From the NCBI RefSeq assembly GCF_006345805.1, contig NC_043017.1, forward strand, positions 19,716,001-19,780,000: DNA of 64,000 nucleotides. The letters are read 5' to 3'. A program made the translations under genes and the position numbers. Shown here in pieces: positions 14,452 through 28,289 of this stretch. The notes beneath the pieces were generated by a model, which saw only the letters and a program-made list of their open reading frames with translations, made no database searches and was not told the DNA's origin. Origin of the DNA: Octopus sinensis (taxonomy: Eukaryota). How positions within the stretch are numbered: position 1 is the stretch's first letter; each line of letters opens with the position of its first letter.

Positions 14452-15628
14452 TACTTCTGGACCAGATAGGGGTATCAAACCAGGCAATCAATTAAGTTTA
14501 GTATTCATGAAGTCTACGTTGCTGCATGCAAGTGGATGTTTTGGGTCTTCTGCCCACAGTCACTTGCATTCCATGAAAACCAGATTATGATCCAGTCTAA
14601 TAGGTCTGTATATTTCAGATATTCTCATTTTAACAAAACAAGTCTGGCTAATTGTTGAGAGGATGTTGGTGTTGCCTTGGCAGAGGTTTGCGCTCTCTGA
14701 GTGCTCTTGTTATTATTATTATTGACAAATTCATGTGAAATGTTTAAATATTTACAATTTAAAATTCACTTCATTTCTAGTTCATTTTAGGACAAAAGCT
14801 TTTAGAATTAAAATCTTTTTATGATAAATTAATTTTTTTAATAATTAGGAACTGGGGGGTGGGGTGGAATTACCAATATAATTTTCATGATTTCTAATGG
14901 CATACAGAATCAGTTTAAAGATATATGATAACAACAACAACAACAACAACAAATAAAATACATATTGAAGTATACCTTATGAAACAAGCACACATACATA
15001 CAAATATATATATATGCAATTGCATATATATATATTCACATATATATATGTATATACATATATATATGCATTTGCATTTATATATACATATATATATTCA
15101 CATATATATATATGTATATACATATATATATGCATTTGCACACACATATATATGTGCATATATATAGATAGATATATGAATATACAATTTTATATACATA
15201 TAAATGTATATCAACACATGCAAAATGACAAACATTTGCACTGAGACAATTTAGACAAAAGCGATGATAAGAGAGAAATGTGAGAAGAGGCATCTTTTCC
15301 CCCGACATTAGAAAAGTTTCATTCACAAAAATCATGCTGTAATGCGTGATTCCATCATCGTGAGAAACAGGTTTTACATTACAGAATTGCATGTTGCAAC
15401 AAAATGTCTCAACTTAATGCTTCTGTAATGCAAGGTGGTAGGAGGGAGGCCCCTGTAACATTTTATGAACACAATGAAACGGGAGGGAAAAAAAGGGATG
15501 AGGTTTAACAACAATTCAATGATAATTTGAAGAGAGAGAGAAGAGAGAATGAGAGGGAATGAGAGGGAATGAGTGAGAAAATGAGAGATAGAATGAATAG
15601 TTTGAAACACAGGATATTGATGGAAAAG

Positions 15629-15664
<36 letters not shown>

Positions 15665-16578
15665 GATATAGAAATATATGCACACACACACATACATAAG
15701 CAAGTATATATAAATATGTGGATGCAAATATATGTAACATACATACATACATGTGTATGTTCATAGTTAATGATGAGAATGACAATAACAATATAACAAT
15801 GAAGGAAAAAAGTGAAAAATAAAGAGCAATTATTAGAAGGATACTCAATGAGAGATAAAAGAAAGCAAAAGTGTTCTTGACATTTTGAGTTGAAGCTCTT
15901 CTTCAGAAGCATGGAGAGTTAGAAGACGAGAAGAACAAAAGAAGAGAGGAAAGGAAATATGAGTAATGAAGAGAAAATGGAAAATGCATAATGTTTTGTG
16001 TTGAGTCATATTGAAAATGGCAGTATGAAAGAATTTTTACTACTGCTGAGAAAAAAAATTATGTATTTCAAAGAAGTCTGAGTTTTCTCAAGTAGTAAAT
16101 ATTAGTTGTTCTTTTAGAGTCAGAAAGGATGAATATAAAGTGTGAAGATGAGTATAATGATTTGTGTTTTACGAGTGAAAGTGAAATGACTGATGAGAAA
16201 GTGCAGCGACTAGAGAGAGAGAGAGATGCATGAGATGAGATGAGTTTGATGTGCTGGTTGGATGTGCAGTGTAATTTCTGAAACTAGTTGGGTGTAGGTG
16301 GAATGAAAAAGCAACTGGGTATATGGCAGGCATTAGGCCAAAGTGTGCTTGAGAGCCAGCGAACATGTACTAATGAGGACGCATGTGAATGGATGATGCA
16401 TGCAGTGTTGAGATAGTGCCACATGAGTTGGAGGTGTTAGGAAGGCAGGTAAAGCTAACGATGATCGTGGTGGTAGGCAAAGACAGCTTTGGATGAAAGC
16501 AGCAACATAAAAATCTTTGTTGAGAACGTTAAGGCCCCCTCAAAAGATGAAATGACAAAGGGCTGAAATATGAATGTA

Positions 16579-16623
<45 letters not shown>

Positions 16624-16684
16624 GTATCTTGGTGCAAACAAGAAAAATGGAACTCCAACTATGAGTATATGTATATTTCTATTA

Positions 16685-16795
16685 ATATTTAGCAGAAGCA
16701 ACAGAATAACTCAAGGTCTGAGCATTTCTAGTTTGATAAGTGCCAACACACGAAACTCTTGGACCTTGAGTCACTCTGTTGCTTCTGCTAAATAT
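16685..16795 (+). repeat. Fold-back hairpin (34-bp arms, 32/34 identical) around a decayed HHR-like core
   Basis: Arms 16685-16718 and 16762-16795; loop contains TTGATAA-GTG-ccaaca-CAC-GAAAC. Confidence 0.75.
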
Positions 16796-16812
16796 ATATA
16801 AATATATATATA

Positions 16813-17178
16813 TTACAGAAAATAACGGAAATCTTGAAAGCAGAATAGCTGTGAAAACAGCTTAGATCAGGTAAATACCCTTAGAAGACTGAAAAAAATA
16901 AATAATGGCCAGCAAGACGTTTCAAAGAATCAAACCTTGTACCTCTTAAATTGTAGTTATTATTTATAAAACAAAAAAAAAAAAAGGGTTATAAAAGATG
17001 GTATCTGTTGTCAGGGGTTACTTAGCTTAGAGAGGTCAGCCAGAATTTGAGAGATATAGGATTCAGTTCTAGGTAGCAGCTGCTGGTCACTTATTTCTGT
17101 TTTCTAAGAGTATTTAACCAATTTTGTAAGCTGTTTCCACGGCTATGCTGCTTTCAAGATTTCCTTTATTTTCTGTAA
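16813..17178. repeat. Inverted repeat, 52-bp arms (48/52), Penelope-like terminal fragments
   Basis: 16813-16864 is the reverse complement of 17127-17178; weaker similarity continues inward. Penelope assignment is inference. Confidence 0.7.
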
Positions 17179-18514
17179 AATACCAACTCACTTGTATAAT
17201 ATATGCATGTATAGAAATATTGCAAATGTGTGTTTTAGCTCCAAATAATGCTGCCACGGGGAAATTAATGTAGAGGTGATGACAATGATAATGATGATGA
17301 TGATGGTGATGGTTTATAAGAGCAGTGATAAAAATGGTGAATTCTCATAAAGAGAAACCATTAACAATCTTTTAACAAAGTGTTTAAAACAAAGACAGAG
17401 ACGAGGCTTAAATGACAGAATTAAACAACAACTAATAGTAACACTGACATCAAAGACTCATATTCCTTCATTTTTTAAAATTTCTGATTCTCTATAATTT
17501 CACTATGACCATACTGGTGGTGCCACCTTTGCTTATTATGTCTATCCACCTCTTTCCTCCTCTCGCAATCTCACCATTTACGCACCCCCTATTTTATTTT
17601 ACTGATTTTGGAAGGATGAAAAGTAAATCAGCTGAGACAGGATTTGAACTAATTACTTCGTTTGTCTGACTTCCAATTGATTAATTAATTTTATCCCAAT
17701 GCCCTACCAATTATCTTATTTGCCTGGCACTCTCCCCTGATTATTTTCACCAATGCTCTGCTGGTTCGGCCATTCATTGCCATAATAAAAATGCTATTAA
17801 CCTAAACTCTGGAATACAAACATGAGGAAAAACCATTCTTTCAGGAACGATTTTATATTGGAGAACAAAACGCATACACATTTATATTCAAACACATTCA
17901 GACACACACACACACACATGCATATAAACAGACTTAAAATGAAAGCTTGTTTATGTTAACAATGATTCAAAAAAAAAAAAATAATAATATTTTTTTTCCC
18001 CTTCCTAACAGCAAAAGTTCGGAAATGAAAATAAAAATATCAATAAAAACTAATATATATTTTAACAGCTGCTACATAACAAAATTCAAACGCTGCCGAC
18101 ATAATATTTTTAAGCTTAACTTTTAAGACTTCAAGACAGGAAACAATATAATTCACCTGTGGAATAATAAATAAATAAAAACGGTTCTTCCGCTAGCATT
18201 TGCGTATCAATAGATTTGGCTGACGAGATAAAAATGCCAGGAAGAAATATTGAAATATAAATAATTTACATAAACTGATGTTCTGGAATTTCTGTTGAAT
18301 GATGTGATATAAAGGATACTGCTTCCTAACCACAACCACCGCCACAGACACCAACACATTTGCCTCTTGTTTATGAACTCACACACACATTCAGTCAGGT
18401 AAGTGGCTTCTCAGGTGTGTTTTTTTTTTGTTTTTCTTTTGAATGATGTGATATAAAAAATACTGTTTCCCAACCATGAGTACCGCCACAGACACCACCA
18501 TAGATACCCTAGAT

Positions 18515-18733
18515 CAGTGCTTTTCAAACTTTTTGCTGGAGTGGAACCCCAAGGAAACATTCCACTGGCTTGGGGAATCCCTGTGCAATAATTTAATTGT
18601 CTTATGCACACATATCTGCACAGGAGAATTAAAAATTACTGTTGATTTTAGCATTTTTGTAACTTCTTGCGGAACCCCTAGACTGTACTGGCGGAACCCT
18701 AAGGTTCCACGGAACCCTGGTTGAAAACCACTG
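18515..18733. mobile_element. hAT (Charlie-like) MITE
   Basis: TIRs CAGTGCTTTTCAA / TTGAAAACCACTG; perfect 8-bp TSD CCCTAGAT (18507-18514, 18734-18741). Confidence 0.92.
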
Positions 18734-20923
18734 CCCTAGATGAAGGTAAATCCTGTCACTGTATGAGTTTTCTCCCCAGTAGCTGCAGAAGCATTGTGTT
18801 GCATTGAGAGGGGAGAAAACTCAAATGACAACAAGATTTGCCTTCAGTATGCTAAAGGTTAAATATGTCCCAACATAGCATATCTAGGACTACACAATCC
18901 AATGTGACATAAATGTTTAAATCAAAGCCATTTCTGGTCCAGCAGAGCCATGAGCAAACAGTGTGTTCTGACTGTGCCCATTTCATCTTTTTTTTATTCA
19001 GGCACAATCGATCTAAGACTACATTATCCAATCCTTGTTGCTTAGCCCCCAAATCATTCATAATTCAGAGGGCCTTGAAGGTGTTCAATCAGTGATCGCT
19101 CCTTCATATTTTTCAGGCATTGTGCATCTTGAAGTACATTATCCAAAACATCCTTCACTTTTTTTTTTGTTAAGACTACTGTACTTAATATGAGAAAGGC
19201 TTGGCTGTTATTTCTTGCAGGTAAAATATCACACTGAAGGTTCTTTGTAAGCTCATGACTGCATACACACACACAAACACACATCAAAACGTCCAGTTAC
19301 CCACACAAAATTTTTTCAGTAATATTATGCAAATAGCTAATATTAAAGGGGTCAAACATAAACAAACAAAATATTCTAAATAATGTATTAACCCTTTCAC
19401 TCTTTTGTGACCAAGTTTCTAATAAAATGCACTGTCCATGTTTCAATTAATTTTGAAATTAATTAAGAATTTAGACTAATTTAGTAAAACAATTTAATAT
19501 TATTATTAAACTGGTGTCAGAAATGTTTCTTAATGAACATATAAAAAAGGCTCAACTAAAATTAAGATGGAAAGCTTTTCATTTAAATACGAATATTTTA
19601 AAACAGAAAGTTTATATTAAAAACAAAAAACAAAAATATACCTAAAGAAAGCATCTAGTAGGCTTGTCTTAAAAGGGTAATTTAAGTCATTTAGTTATGA
19701 GATATCTCGTGATCAGGGGTCTTAAAAAGGTTCAAAGTTAGAAGTAGAAGAAAAAGTAAAAAATGTAATAAAAAAAAAAAACAGAAACATAAAATTTAAT
19801 TAAATGTCATGTCCATGATGACATGAATTAAAATGTTGATGGCTTATAAAATAATTTTTTGAAGTCCAGCTTAAATTCTTAACTCTGAAGGTTGATTATG
19901 GTTAAATATAAAACTTCCCAACCCGTCATCTCTATATAAGCCTCCCCAAAGAGCACATAATGATAAACAATTCAGAGGATATTGTCTGATAGTAAGTTAT
20001 GATATACCAATGTTGTTATATCATCATTATCAGCAGCAGCAGCAGTAGTAGAAGTAGTAGTAGTAGCAGTGCATTAATGGATGTTGCTGTTTAGTTTCAG
20101 GTCAGCTTTGTTTGAGAAACTCTATAACTCAAGGAATTCCCATTCATGACCATTTAAATCCTTTTTTACTTCAGAAGAGATTAAGGGGCACCAATTATGA
20201 ATATTAAAGACTTAGTTGAAATGAGAAAAACAAAGGAGAGAAGATGAAAGTTAAATGAGTCAGTCATAAGTAATTCTGTATTCAATCAGGTATTGATCTT
20301 ATCTATCTATATTCTATCGATTGGGTTAAGACGCCATTTCTTTTATTTTTAGACACAACACCTGTTTTGTTTCTGCAGGTGGTTGTATGTCGAGCATAGA
20401 ACCAGAAACATTGACAGACACACACATGCAAGACAGACTGTGGGGTTTCCATCAACCAAATTCCATTTACAAGACCTGCGGCTCTGATAAAAGACATTCA
20501 CCCCATATGCCATTATCTGACATTAACCCATGTGCCTACATTTAGCCCCCCACCCCACATGAACACACACTCATTTATTCACACACACATGCACACAAAT
20601 ATAGACACACACACCCTTTGCTGATAGACCTTTTAGCATTTAAACCAGCCATACCTGACCCAAATAGTCTACTTTGATTTGTGTTCAAACCATCCAGATC
20701 TGGCTTCTCACGCCTATCCTACAATGTCATTCTAAAAATATAGAATCACATCATCAAAATCTGAAAGCTACAAGATGATGCATGATTAATTCAAAACAAT
20801 TTGAATAAGGATTACATTTGACAGAGTAATTTGAATGCTGAACAGACAAGCTGTAGCCACCCTGGAAAAGAATCCATTTGTACCATCACCACTGCAAACC
20901 ATTAACTTGGATATACTACTACA

Positions 20924-21390
20924 TGTAACAGGATGAGAGTTCAGGAACACCGGAGGGGTGTCCGATCTGATCCTGTCACATACAATTTAAGTTGAATAAA
21001 CGGAGACAAAGTCAGGCAGTCTTCGATAACAGTAAGTGGTGGTTTATTCTGCGGTTACAGGTAAGAACTAGTGCACGTGTATCTCTGGTAGGGAAACTGG
21101 CAGCCGAATCCGCAGGACTGGTTGCGATGCTTTCTCGTGCGAGTCAAGACGATTCGTCGGTTCGCTCCCGCTTTGTTGGGATGAAGTTCTCTGAGTGTAG
21201 GGTTGTTCCCTGAGAGAAAGTCAAGCCACATCCGACTGCTAGCGCTGCTCATGCTAGAAAGACCAATTCAGCGGTCAGGCTTTTAGGTTCCAGTTCCTGC
21301 ATATGCGCATGAGGAAAACTTCCGGTGGTCAACCGGAAGTAATCCAATTCTGCGCATGTGCACTGAAACTTACACAGTAGCATCACTACA
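20924..21390 (-). mobile_element. Solo LTR (Gypsy-like), 467 bp
   Basis: TG...CA termini (minus strand TGTAGTGA...TGTTACA), 4-bp TSD TACA, minus-strand AATAAA, CpG-rich relative to flanks. Confidence 0.85.
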
Positions 21391-21418
21391 TACATATACT
21401 ACATGTGTAACTCTTTAA

Positions 21419-21639
21419 CCCTTTAGCATTTAAACCAGCCCATATCTGGCCCAAATATTCTACCAGTTTTATGTTCTGACTGGCCATATCTGGCCTCACA
21501 CACCTACCCAACAATGTCATACTAAAATAAGGAATCAAATTATCAAAACCTCAAAGCTACAAGATAATGCATGGTTAATTCAAAACAATGTGAATAAGTA
21601 AGCATTGCATTTGACGGAATAATCTGACTGCTAAAAGGG
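21419..21639. mobile_element. piggyBac-like MITE
   Basis: TTAA|CCCTTTAG...CTAAAAGGG|TTAA; other copies at 22655, 43256 and degenerate at about 20630-20830. Confidence 0.85.
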
Positions 21640-21802
21640 TTAAAAGAATAATTCCTGCTACAAAAACAATTTGGTGTGAATGGGTGCACCACACGGCAAC
21701 TAATATAACAACAATAACAACTATATTTGTGACAATGAATCTGCTAAACCTTCCTTTCATCACCATCAAAGATGGATCTTAAAACAAATATATATATATA
21801 TA

Positions 21803-22140
21803 TGCCGTTCGCCAGCCTCATCTGGCACCTGTGTCGGTGGCACATAAAAACACCATCCGAGCGTGGCCGTCTGCCAGCCTCGTCTGGCACCTGTGTCGGT
21901 GGCACATAAAAAACACCATCCGAGTGTGGCCGTTCGCCAGCCTCGTCTGGCACCTGTGTCGGTGGCACATAAAATCACCCACTACACTCTCGGAGTGGTT
22001 GGCATTAGGAAGGGCATCCAGCTGTAGAAACACTGCCAGATCTGACTGGCCTGGTGCAGCCTTTGGGCTCCCCAGACCCCAGTTGAACCGTCCAACCCAT
22101 GCTAGCATGGAAAGCGGACGTTAAATGATGATGATGATGA
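21803..22140 (+). mobile_element. SINE family C with three tandem ~62-bp units in its 5' part
   Basis: (gccgttcgccagcctcgtctggcacctgtgtcggtggcacataaaaa...)x3, then ggcattaggaagggcatccagctg and (ATG)n tail. Confidence 0.85.
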
Positions 22141-22654
22141 TATATATATATATATATACACATAGGAAAATGACTCTTAAAAAAGAGAAACAAATCTGCA
22201 GGTTTTCTAAGCTGCAAAAGTTTTACATTGACAAATACCAAGACAACTGTAAACAAAAATAAAAACTATAAGATGAAAAATTTAGATAATTAAAATGCTA
22301 TATGTAATTGAATTTAAATATGTTTTTCAGAAATTTTGGTGATGGAAACATTTTTGAACTTTAAAAGTTATATTACCATATATGCCAAAATACAATCTTC
22401 GCATACAGAATGCAAAAAAAAAAGTTTACTGATGTAACTATTATAGATATATAGTTGTTCGTTAAGTTTTTAGGAATCCGGAAAGAAATTCAGGCACTGA
22501 ATTGGTTAATACAGTGAGTATATATAATTTATATGCTACTATATAAATTTAGTCTTATAACAGCTAATTCAAATGGTTTTGAGTTAAACAACTTTCAAAG
22601 TGTGGAAGTGTCAAATAACAGCTATCAGACACAGCTGAATGAAGTATAGTTTAA

Positions 22655-22873
22655 CCCTTTAGTATTTAAACCGGCCATATCCGGCCAAAATAGTTAATCT
22701 GTTTCATGTTCAAACTGACCAGATCCAGGCTCTCACACCTACCCTACAATGTTATTCTACATTAAGTAATTACACCATCAAGATCTTGAAGATATGAGAT
22801 AATGCATGATTAATTCAAATCAATGTGAATCAATAAGCATTATGTTTGATAGAATAATCTGAACACTAAAGGG
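22655..22873. mobile_element. piggyBac-like MITE
   Basis: TTAA|CCCTTTAG...CTAAAGGG|TTAA. Confidence 0.88.
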
Positions 22874-24482
22874 TTAAGCTCGTTTTTATTGGAGATTTTA
22901 AAACACCACACTCAGTTTACACTTCTTAAAGATACTGTTAAGAAAAGAGAAAACCAGAACCAAAACCAGCCATTATTTTTTCTACAGTTTTTTATTTTTA
23001 TAATACCTCTGAAACTGGATATAGTGTTTTCATACCTCCAGTTAAAAAGAAAAAAAAAAGAGCTCAAGCTCTACTCATTCATTTGGCCATGATTGATGAT
23101 TGTTAATTTACCTTTCCACAGTTAGTAAGGTTCTTTAACATGAAACCATTCGGTAACATGAACTGACTGTTATGAGACTAAATATATGATACCACATGTG
23201 TGTATATATGTATCAATAAAAAAACAAAAGAAAAAATATACACAAATATTTGTTTGCTTGTTTCACCCTCTTCTTCCTTTTCCTCCTCCATACATTTTGG
23301 GCACAAAGAGCAGTTCCATTAATTGAATTGCATGAGAATATAGATAACCATAGGAGTATAATTGTTGCAGGTTTGAAGATCCGTAAAGTCTTGGCTTAGA
23401 TTTCATTGTTCCTCTTAAACAAATCAAATTTGAAGAATACAAATTCTTTCTCTGCTTGAAAAATTTTTGTCTTTAAAAAAAAAACCTACCTTAACACTAA
23501 ATAATGAACACCAAGTGTACCAAAAAAATGATTAAGGTTATAAATATAAAAATATGAATACTGTATGATTTTGCTTGCACATAGCAATACTAAAAACCAA
23601 TTGTTAGAACTCAATAAACATATGCTTCAGGTGAATACAGAGCGTAATATTAATTATTAAAAGACAAGGAAACAGGAATTACATAATCAACATCGTTTGC
23701 TTACAGCTGTTTCTGTTATAGGAAGCAGTGCAGTTGGAGCTGAGTGCTTATGTTTCTTAAAGCAAAAATAGCTGAAAGCTAATGAAATTAATTACATGAT
23801 TCTTGTTCCCTTGTCATTTAATAAGATATAAATAAAATAATAATAAATCATTAAGAATGGAATTGATTTTTCAATTATGCTACATATGTTTCCATGATAA
23901 TGACTATTTATGTTTATTAATAGATTACATAATGGATCAAAATAACCAGGTCATTTCATCAGGCCTTTTTGAATTATCAAAACACATAAATAATGTAGGT
24001 ACTGAAGTTTTAGGTTCCAAAAGCACCTGACTATAAAGGTTCATTTCTTTCTATTGCGTTCTTCACTGATTTTGAATAAAACTTCCATGTTTGTAGTCAA
24101 CATGTATTTGGGTAGGGTTAAGAGATGCTCAATGCCTTTTACACACAAAATGAACAATCCCTGGGGCCTAGGGAGTTTTGGTTTGACACTTTCTTTTGGA
24201 CATTTTTTCCATTAGTTTGTGTGTACACATGTGAATATATGTGTATTTACATGTATTTATAGATATGTATCTATGTACTTAAGTATACCTGTATGTGAGT
24301 GAGATTGTGTTTGAGTGATGTGCATGTGTGCGTACGTTTGAGTGTGTGTGCGTGTGTAGAGGATGTCTGAATGTGTGTGTAGAGAAAGAGATTTTAGAAT
24401 ACAAGAGACAGACAAATCAGAAGAAATAGTGTTGTTCTAAGCTTGATATTAAGTTATTTTAATAATTGGAGAGAGTAGGAGG

Positions 24483-24529
<47 letters not shown>

Positions 24530-24720
24530 TAATAATAAAATACCAACTGTTGGAAAATACATAATCCTTTGATCATGCATTGATGCATATATATTTATAT
24601 AAATGTACACGAACATATAAAGAACAATGAAAATACTCAAGTGATATGCATATAATGAGAAGAAGAAATATGAAACTGTGAATGCCTATGCAAATGTACA
24701 TGTGAACATACATATGTATA

Positions 24721-24793
<73 letters not shown>

Positions 24794-24953
24794 GCATGCA
24801 TATTAATATGCATTGAAACAGAGTGGAGCTAACATTATAATAAGATAAGCTAGAAGAGAACATTAGTTTGGTATTACAAATGCCAATATGCTGAATGAGA
24901 ACAAAGGACCATTTTCTATTCTAAATGATCCTGGGGACATGTAGACACATATG

Positions 24954-25005
<52 letters not shown>

Positions 25006-25499
25006 TAAAGAAATTTCAACAAAAAGAATATAGTGATCTTGTGGAAAATGGGAAATCCAACATTTCAGACACAGTCCTAGAGTGAGAAGTTGAAAGGAGA
25101 GAAACTAATGAGAGACAGCAGGGTTTTACATCTTCTTAGTTAAAACAAAAATTGGCTGCAACTGATGAGGAACATGAGATTGTGGAAGTGTCATATGTAG
25201 ACAGGTTCTGCACTTTTTGCCAGTTGCTGCCAGTTTTTATGACACTGAGAATGTAAAACTCTATTGTCTCTCATAAATTTCTCTCCTGCAAACTCTTCTA
25301 CGAAGAAGACTTCTGTCTGAAACACTAAGTTTTCCATTCTTTTTATTGATATTAAATAAATCTTGCTGATGAAGGCCAACACCAGTCTCTTTAGATTCTG
25401 ATTGATCATATGTGTATACATATATATATGTATATATACATACATATCTATACATTCATAGATATGTATATAGTTATATATAGGCACATATACATATCG

Positions 25500-25534
<35 letters not shown>

Positions 25535-25553
25535 CACACACATATCTATACAT

Positions 25554-25588
<35 letters not shown>

Positions 25589-26395
25589 CACAAACATACA
25601 TCCATATCTATACACACACACCTATATATACATATATATACACACACATGCATGTATACATGCACACATGATTATATACATACATATACATACACACACA
25701 CACACACATATGTATGTATAAATTTATGTAATCACACATATTCATGCAATACCAGCATGTACACAACTTTGAAATATAAATATATATTTATATATATAAT
25801 AAAAAGATGTTTTTGATTAAATAAAACTCACAGTAGCTGAACAGAAGATGATGATTATAATAATATATAATGAATGCAACAGGTAATGAAACAAATATAT
25901 AAAAAAAAAATGAAACCAAATTAAAATCCAATCCATGACCACCACTACAAATGCCATTACATTTGCCACTGTCCCACAACCAAATACAAACAAACCAAAA
26001 ATTGTTATATATATATATATGAAATAAATAAGGTGTGATATTATTGTGATGGTAATTAGCTGTGCAATTTCTTGAAAAAGAAAAGTAGCATTTGGATGAC
26101 ACACTAAACTGACCAAGAAGCTGTGTGATAATAATGAAAAAAAAAAGGGTGAAAGAAAAAATAAAATAATAAAAATGCACCGGAAAATGAAAATAAAAAT
26201 GAATGTTTAATTTATGTAGCTTTATGTATAATGGTAATTAAAAGAAATAAATATATATGCGTGAACCAGCTGCAACACGGAAAGCTAAGATGAACTCCAA
26301 GATTGTGAACTTACATACATACTTACATACATACATACATACATACGTGCATACATATATGCATACATAAATATGTAAACAATTATATATATATA

Positions 26396-26815
26396 GGCAT
26401 ACCTACAGTTTGAGGCTCCACCAAACTTACTGGTTTGCCCCCAATTTGTAAACCAAAAAGTTATTAAGAAATTTTGCAGAGATATATTGTTGAGAGGATA
26501 GATTTGGATTATGTTGGTCAAATTTGAAAGATATATTTTTAGGGGGAGGAGTTTTTGGATCATTCTCTGCCCCTTTTTCTCATGACTTTTGTGTCCATAG
26601 AGCTGTTTAAAATGCATATTTTCAAGTGGCATTTTGCAGAAATAGGATCTTGAAAAAATACAAATAGGGAAAATGTAGATGCTTCAAAAATTGTTTTTCT
26701 GAACTTTATCAATCGATTCGTAGTGTTCTGCACCCTTGGAAATATATCTCTGCAAAAATTTCAGAAAATTATGAGGGAGCAAAACCAGTTTGGGGCACCA
26801 AAGTGTATTTATGCC
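26396..26815. mobile_element. Unclassified non-autonomous TIR element
   Basis: GGCATACCTACAGTTTG vs reverse complement GGCATAAATACACTTTG, plus a subterminal inverted ttttgcagagatatatt; flanked by TA runs. Confidence 0.65.
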
Positions 26816-27833
26816 TATATACATACATATATCTGCATATATATTCACACAGACACAACCACACAAATTAAGTGCTTTTACTTGAGTTTTATGTGAGAAA
26901 AAAAAAAAATCAAGGAAAATGAGAATAAGTGAATAGAGTAAAAAATGGAAGCTACAAGTGTATTTATGGTGACGTGAACAGTGTTGGCAGTGAAAATGGA
27001 AGCAATGGCCAATCTAGTTTCTTGACTATTTTATCCTACTTTTGTTACACACAACTACAGATGTGTGCATCCTGCCTCTGACTTTGTCTCTCTATAACTT
27101 ACAGAAAAATGGATATTTTCCAATGAAATTTTCTACAAGTACTTTCCAGACAGTGCAGATTACAACTATACCCCTATTTCTGGAAGTTATGAGGAAACAA
27201 AGTCCAAGGAGTGGGGGTGGTCACACATGTAGATATACCTTGTTGTTGTTGTGTATGTCTATCTTGGCCCTGACAGAGTGAATTTACACTCAAATTTACA
27301 CCCCACTCCCTGTTCTGTCTTCATAGCAATCAAAGATCCTAACTGGTGAAATATGCCTGTTCCTTCCTTATTTATTAAGAGAAAGGATGTAATTCTAGGC
27401 AGTGAGATTTGGCTGTTGTTTCAAGCAGTCTAAGTGGCTATACATAAGCCTCCTGCTATCAAAATGCATCAGCTGGTGCAATATGCCAAACATTTAAGAA
27501 ATTTGTTTCGCAACTACAAAAGGTTACAGAGTCGATCCCCTTAGATGGATGAAAAAAGGGTTTACCACCTTCCCAAGTCATATAAACTCATTGGGCTGGT
27601 TTTCTGGCTTTTGCAGTGTATCTAGTCCCTGCTGGATGGGACGCTGGTCCCACTCCATTCTACATTTAATTTTTGCTTATTTAAATTGGCCAATAAAGTA
27701 ATGATGATTTTTGTTTGCATCTCATCAAGATGGGTATAACCTTAATTAAAATTTTCTTGGCTCATTTTATTATCTATCTATCTGCCTTAATGTTTATCTC
27801 TCTCCCTCTCTATCTGTACATGTGTGTGTGTGA

Positions 27834-27872
<39 letters not shown>

Positions 27873-27873
<1 letters not shown>

Positions 27874-28197
27874 GAGATGTACTTGCATAGCAAGTGACTT
27901 GATCTGAGATCATGTGCTGAAACAAAAACAATTGCAGCGTGGAAGGTGTTTATAAGCCATTTAGAAAACACACAATGAAACTGTTAGATTCACTTCAACA
28001 TTTAAATTTAATTTGTGCCAAAATATTTTTGTCGCTTTGAAACCGAAACCACAACCTCTTGACTGACAAAACTTCATGCTGCAATGAACAGGTTGTGGTT
28101 TCAAAGCGCTGAAAATATTTTGACACAGATTAAATTTAAATGTTGAAGTGAATCTGTTTTTTGTGTGTTTTTAAATGGCTTATAAACATCTTCCATA

Positions 28198-28200
<3 letters not shown>
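27873..28200. repeat. Fold-back repeat in (TA)n/(TG)n context (arms about 27935-28057 and 28090-28200)
   Basis: agattcacttcaacatttaaatttaat and tttataagccattt blocks recur in reverse complement. Confidence 0.8.
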
Positions 28201-28232
<32 letters not shown>

Positions 28233-28289
28233 ATATATATATAGACAGATAGTTAGATAGATTGATAGATAGACAGATAGATGGATGGT

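Noticed and set aside
16169-16560. Minus-strand ORFs MFAGSQAHFGLMPAIYP... and PFVISSFEGAL...
   Set aside because: The peptides look plausible but are interrupted by stops, have no donor, and show no recognisable family.
16871-16890. Minus-strand 10-nt microexon TCTTCTAAGG after a strong acceptor
   Set aside because: It lies within a repeat fragment that has an inverted homolog at about 17090-17180.
18980-19230. Strong plus-strand acceptors (ttttttattcag, atttttcag)
   Set aside because: They are reverse complements of dispersed repeat family E, also seen at 58545-59235.
25261-25455. LFNINKKNGKLSVS resembling a cadherin/protocadherin repeat
   Set aside because: No DRE, DXNDN or PXF motifs; stops are nearby; the segment is one arm of an inverted repeat.
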